Shown here: positions 56,685 through 64,000 of the stretch, one piece after another | How positions within the stretch are numbered: position 1 is the first letter of the stretch | Layout of the letters: the number at the start of each line of letters is the position of its first letter | Translations under genes and position numbers: made by a program | Assembly (NCBI RefSeq): GCF_009914755.1 | Contig: NC_060930.1 | Direction: 5' to 3' (one strand) | Length of the DNA stretch: 64,000 nucleotides | From: the human T2T-CHM13v2.0 reference genome, Homo sapiens | The notes under the pieces: model-generated | What the model saw: the letters and a program-made list of their open reading frames with translations, nothing else | What the model was told of the DNA's origin: nothing | Database searches by the model: none

Positions 56685-56960
56685 CTGTCGGTTCTGGCAT
56701 TGCCTCCCAGTGCCCTAAGAATTCCCTGAGCCAGTGATCGCAGTCTCCCTTTGAGAGCTTCCTGAAATACTTTTCCAGCCCTCTGTCTTTCTTCCATGTC
56801 TCCTTGATCTTACTGGCTTCATGATTAATTACTGTCCAGGTCATGTTCATTGCGTCAAAGAGGAGGGATTTCTCTCCATTGATGGTGAACTGCCAGGATG
56901 CACCAGTGCACCGTTCTGCTTCATGTTGACAAAACATCTCGACTTGCAGAGTGGAAGGAT
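56685..56960 (-). CDS. RAET1E: RAET1E MHC class I-like alpha2 exon, 276 nt
   Basis: Acceptor gattgcag|, translation DPSTLQVEMFCQHEAERCTGASWQF...SKGDCDHWLREFL...PEPT, donor CAG|GTAACT. Confidence 0.96.
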
Positions 56961-57221
56961 CTGCAATCCAAACACAAAGCCATCATCCTCCACTCTTTGA
57001 GAGGTCCATCATCCTCCAATAGGTCAAGTGTTTCTCTGCACATTTAGGGGTCTGTATTCTTTCTGCCCAGACTTGCCCTTTCCTGCCCATTGGGTCCCAT
57101 GTGCCTCTATGGTTGGGCCAATGATCAATACACAGATATACCTAAAGCCCCTCCCCATCTGTGTTCTTCCCTCCCCTCTCTTACTGCCTGCCTCCGTTTC
57201 CCCACCCCATTCCACACTTAC

Positions 57222-57482
57222 CACTGGTCTTTATCTGGGGTTTGATGTCACAAAGGAGCATCCTGAGGTCTCGCCCCACTTCTCCCAGCGTTTGGGTCAA
57301 CTCTCCCCAAGTGCTGGTGGCATTTACCTTCTTCCCCAGGAGGCCCAGAGGTTTGACCATGTTGTTGTCACTGTTGTACTGAAGGAAAAGATTTTTATTC
57401 AAGAAGACCTGCGCTTCACACCAGGGCTGTCCAGGTCTGGACAATGATTTTATAGTGAAGTTGAAGCAAAGAGAGTGACCAC
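57222..57482 (-). CDS. RAET1E: RAET1E MHC class I-like alpha1 exon, 261 nt
   Basis: Acceptor tctcacag|, translation GGHSLCFNFTIKSLSRPGQPWCEAQVFLNKNLFLQYNS...IKTS (ULBP-family HSLC.NFTI and PWCE.Q motifs), donor GTG|GTAAGT. Confidence 0.96.
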
Positions 57483-58153
57483 CTGTGAGACAAAGATGCA
57501 GGTGAGGTCCAGGACAGGGGAAGAGGCCCATTAGAACCTGCGCTTCTGTGACCCAAGACTCCCTGGACTGGGCCAGGCTAGCAGAGGCGGGGCAGCTCCA
57601 TCCCAGACTCCCTCAACCTTCTGGATCCCTGTTCCCATCTCTCCCTGACTGTCTGGGATGAGATACTTGATGGTACCAGGGACCCCTGGGGTGCACTTAG
57701 TGTTAATGGTGTTAACAGGAGGATTCATGTCACAAGTACTTTTAGCAACATCTACCAAGTTCTGAGGCACAAAACAGACAAGCCAGTGTATGACCTCCTG
57801 AGACTTAAACTCTAGCTGAACACACATGACATTCAATAGAAAGGAAAAAGAGGCATTTATCACAGGACACACGCTGAATTCCTGCGGGGTCCCAGATGTT
57901 CAGGAAAGTGACCTGGAGTAGAAGGCGGGGGGTAGCATTGTAGAACTGCCCTCTGTGAGCCAGTGCCTTGCCTAGGGCCTCAGGCTGTGGTCTCCCATGA
58001 ACTGGGTGTAACATCCCAGGGATCCTCTCCCTCACGTCATCCTTAAGAGCAGGCACCCACTTGTCTGAAGCCTGCATGAAGCCCCATTCGCCTACCCCCT
58101 ACCTTTCTCCCTCCTCCTTGTCCTCAGCCAGTTCTTGTGCTCAGGACACTCAC

Positions 58154-58238
58154 CAACCATGATCTCCAAGGCTATTAGTAGCAACAGCAGAAACAAAAGA
58201 AGGCGCACAGGGCTAGAAGTCAGGGATATTCTTCGCAT
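58154..58238 (-). CDS. RAET1E: RAET1E/ULBP4 signal-peptide exon, 85 coding nt
   Basis: ATG at 58238 gives MRRISLTSSPVRLLLFLLLLLIALEIMV; donor TTG|GTGAGT. Confidence 0.95.
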
Positions 58239-58820
58239 ACTGTGGAGAGTAACAGGCAGGAAGCTGGGCGTGTACACATTCACCCTCACTGGTATGGTGA
58301 AGAAATGTTATCCAACAGCGTGGGTGTGGGCACTGCCCAAATTCTTTACCCTGGAACAACTGAGGTCAGGCCTGTAGAGACCCAATTAAAGAACAATTTT
58401 GTGAAGAGAGTGTTTTCCAAGTATTCAGAATATAATCATTTATTGAAAAATAAAAGAAGACATTTAAAAACAAAATTAACTTTGAATAAACTCTCTCTCC
58501 TCTCCTGTCCCTGCTGCCCCTGCAAAAAAACCCCCTCTGGTGTGAGCAGGATGGTTGGAGGTTATGTGAGCTCCTTCTCCTTTCCTCCAGTTTCCTCTTC
58601 CCTTCTCCTCCCTGCCTCTTTTGCTTTTCCCTTTCTTCCTGGTACCCCCTGCCCATTCCTGTATTTTCTCCCATCGCCATTCTCCCCTCTCCCACTGTCC
58701 CTAACCCGTTCAAACTCTTTCCTCTTAAATGGTTGAGATTTTCTCTCACCAAGCACACCCCAGTATTAATTAAACTAGCTGCAAACAGGCAGCAACTGGT
58801 CTACCATGACAGATGGGTTT

Positions 58821-58846
58821 TGTGTGTGTGTGTGTGTGTGTGTGTG
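58821..58846. repeat. (TG)n microsatellite about 0.6 kb upstream of the RAET1E ATG
   Basis: About 13 TG units. Confidence 0.9.
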
Positions 58847-58906
58847 TAATTGTAATAAAACATATTGAGTCACTCAATAAACACAGAGTGTCTACTACAT
58901 GTATCA

Positions 58907-62870
<3,964 letters not shown>

Positions 62871-63117
62871 AGGTCCTTCCAGATGAGTTTTATAATAGAC
62901 TCCAGCAGTCCTACTGGGGCCAAGACCTCAAGGAAAGCCAAGTCTATCATTGGGAAAAGTCTTAGGGCTCTAAGTTTTGAATTCTGAAAATTTTTCTTAG
63001 AACAAAATTTTGTGTCATTTTCAAATAAAGCACAAGTTTTCCTCATAAAACTTAGTATCTGTAGACCCCCTTCCCACCTCACTTTTACAGCTGTCCCATT
63101 TGATCATCAGACCCTGC

Positions 63118-63450
63118 TACCTTAGCCAGTTCAGGCTGCTACAACAGAATAGACAAGGTGGCTGAAACACCAAGCATTTATTTCTTACCTTCCTGGAAGA
63201 TGGGAAGTCCAAGATCAAGGTGTCAGCAGGTCCGGTATCTGGCGAGGGCCCTCTCTTCCTCACCAGATGGCTGTCTTCCTGTTGTATCCTCACACAGTGG
63301 AGAGCAGAGACAGACAGCAAGCTCTCCTATCACTTCTTAATCCCACATGGCTCCACTCACATGAGTTATGACTTCCTAAATAGCATCACCTTGAGAATTA
63401 GGATTTCTGCATATGAATTTGGAAGGCAGGCAAACATGCGGCCTGTAACA
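63118..63450 (-). mobile_element. MaLR (MLT1A/MST-like) LTR
   Basis: ggaagtccaagatcaaggtgtcagcagg...atcaccttgagaattaggatttc. Confidence 0.75.
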
Positions 63451-64000
63451 CCACCCATATCCGTTCCACATCTAGGTTCCCTCTGTGTGCCGGGCAGTAT
63501 GCCAGTTAATTCAAGTGCATGTCAGACCCAGAGGGTGACATCCTGTGACTCAGATGCTAGGGCCCTCATGATGCCTGGTAAGGTAAGTGGGTCTTTACCA
63601 CTGTCCTTTCTTAACTAGATGGAACAGACTTCAAAGAAAGTAACCATGGACTATCGGCAGGGCTCTATCTCTGGGGCTGGGGGATAAGGGGTTGTCTGCT
63701 CAGAGGACAGTGGGTCAAGCGTTTGAAGGAGCCGAGGAATGCACATTTTTTACATGTCCCCTATGTGGTTCTCTGTCTGCTAAGGTTAAAGAACCTCAAT
63801 TTTGAGGGTGCACTTCCACCTCTTGGTCTGGAGAAGGGGTCTCAAATCTGTCCTGAGTGGAGCCTGTTCTGTACACATCCAGGCCCTGAGAGTACACAGA
63901 GAGGAACTCACTGCTACCGCCCTGCCAATACTGCTGCTGTGGGGACACCAGCGGGGGTGGGCCAAGAACAGAGTGTATGTGTGTGTTTGTGTGTGTGTGT

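Noticed and set aside
57028-58736. Antisense ORFs of 139 and 164 aa over RAET1E
   Set aside because: Shadow ORFs of coding exons and of a pyrimidine-rich tract; no recognisable domain.

Overview
Human-type genomic DNA that I recognise as the 6q25 LRP11 / RAET1E (ULBP4) interval. Two genes lie head-to-tail on the minus strand. RAET1E is complete: four coding exons at 58238-55832 give 263 aa, and an alternative terminal exon starts at 51839. LRP11 coding exons 1-5 span 31361-3420 (signal peptide, MANSC, PKD, LDLa, stalk); its transmembrane and tail exons lie beyond the window start. All exon boundaries were read by hand, are GT-AG and sum in frame. Between the genes, a disabled CCT7 retrocopy sits inside an L1 with target-site duplications. 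Most of the rest is Alu, L1, MaLR and ERV1 LTR sequence, often nested. The most interesting leads are: (1) every coding RAET1E donor is phase 1 and matches the phase-1 LRP11 acceptors, so read-through splicing could make an in-frame ULBP4-LRP11 chimeric NKG2D ligand; (2) a cluster of alternative splice sites at the RAET1E 3' end; (3) stop-free, frame-closed potential LRP11 circRNAs flanked by inverted Alus; (4) GATA and AP-1/NRF2 motif clusters; (5) unusual L1 rearrangements. Gene names, allele comparisons and repeat subfamily calls come from memory, not database searches. Repeat boundaries are approximate.
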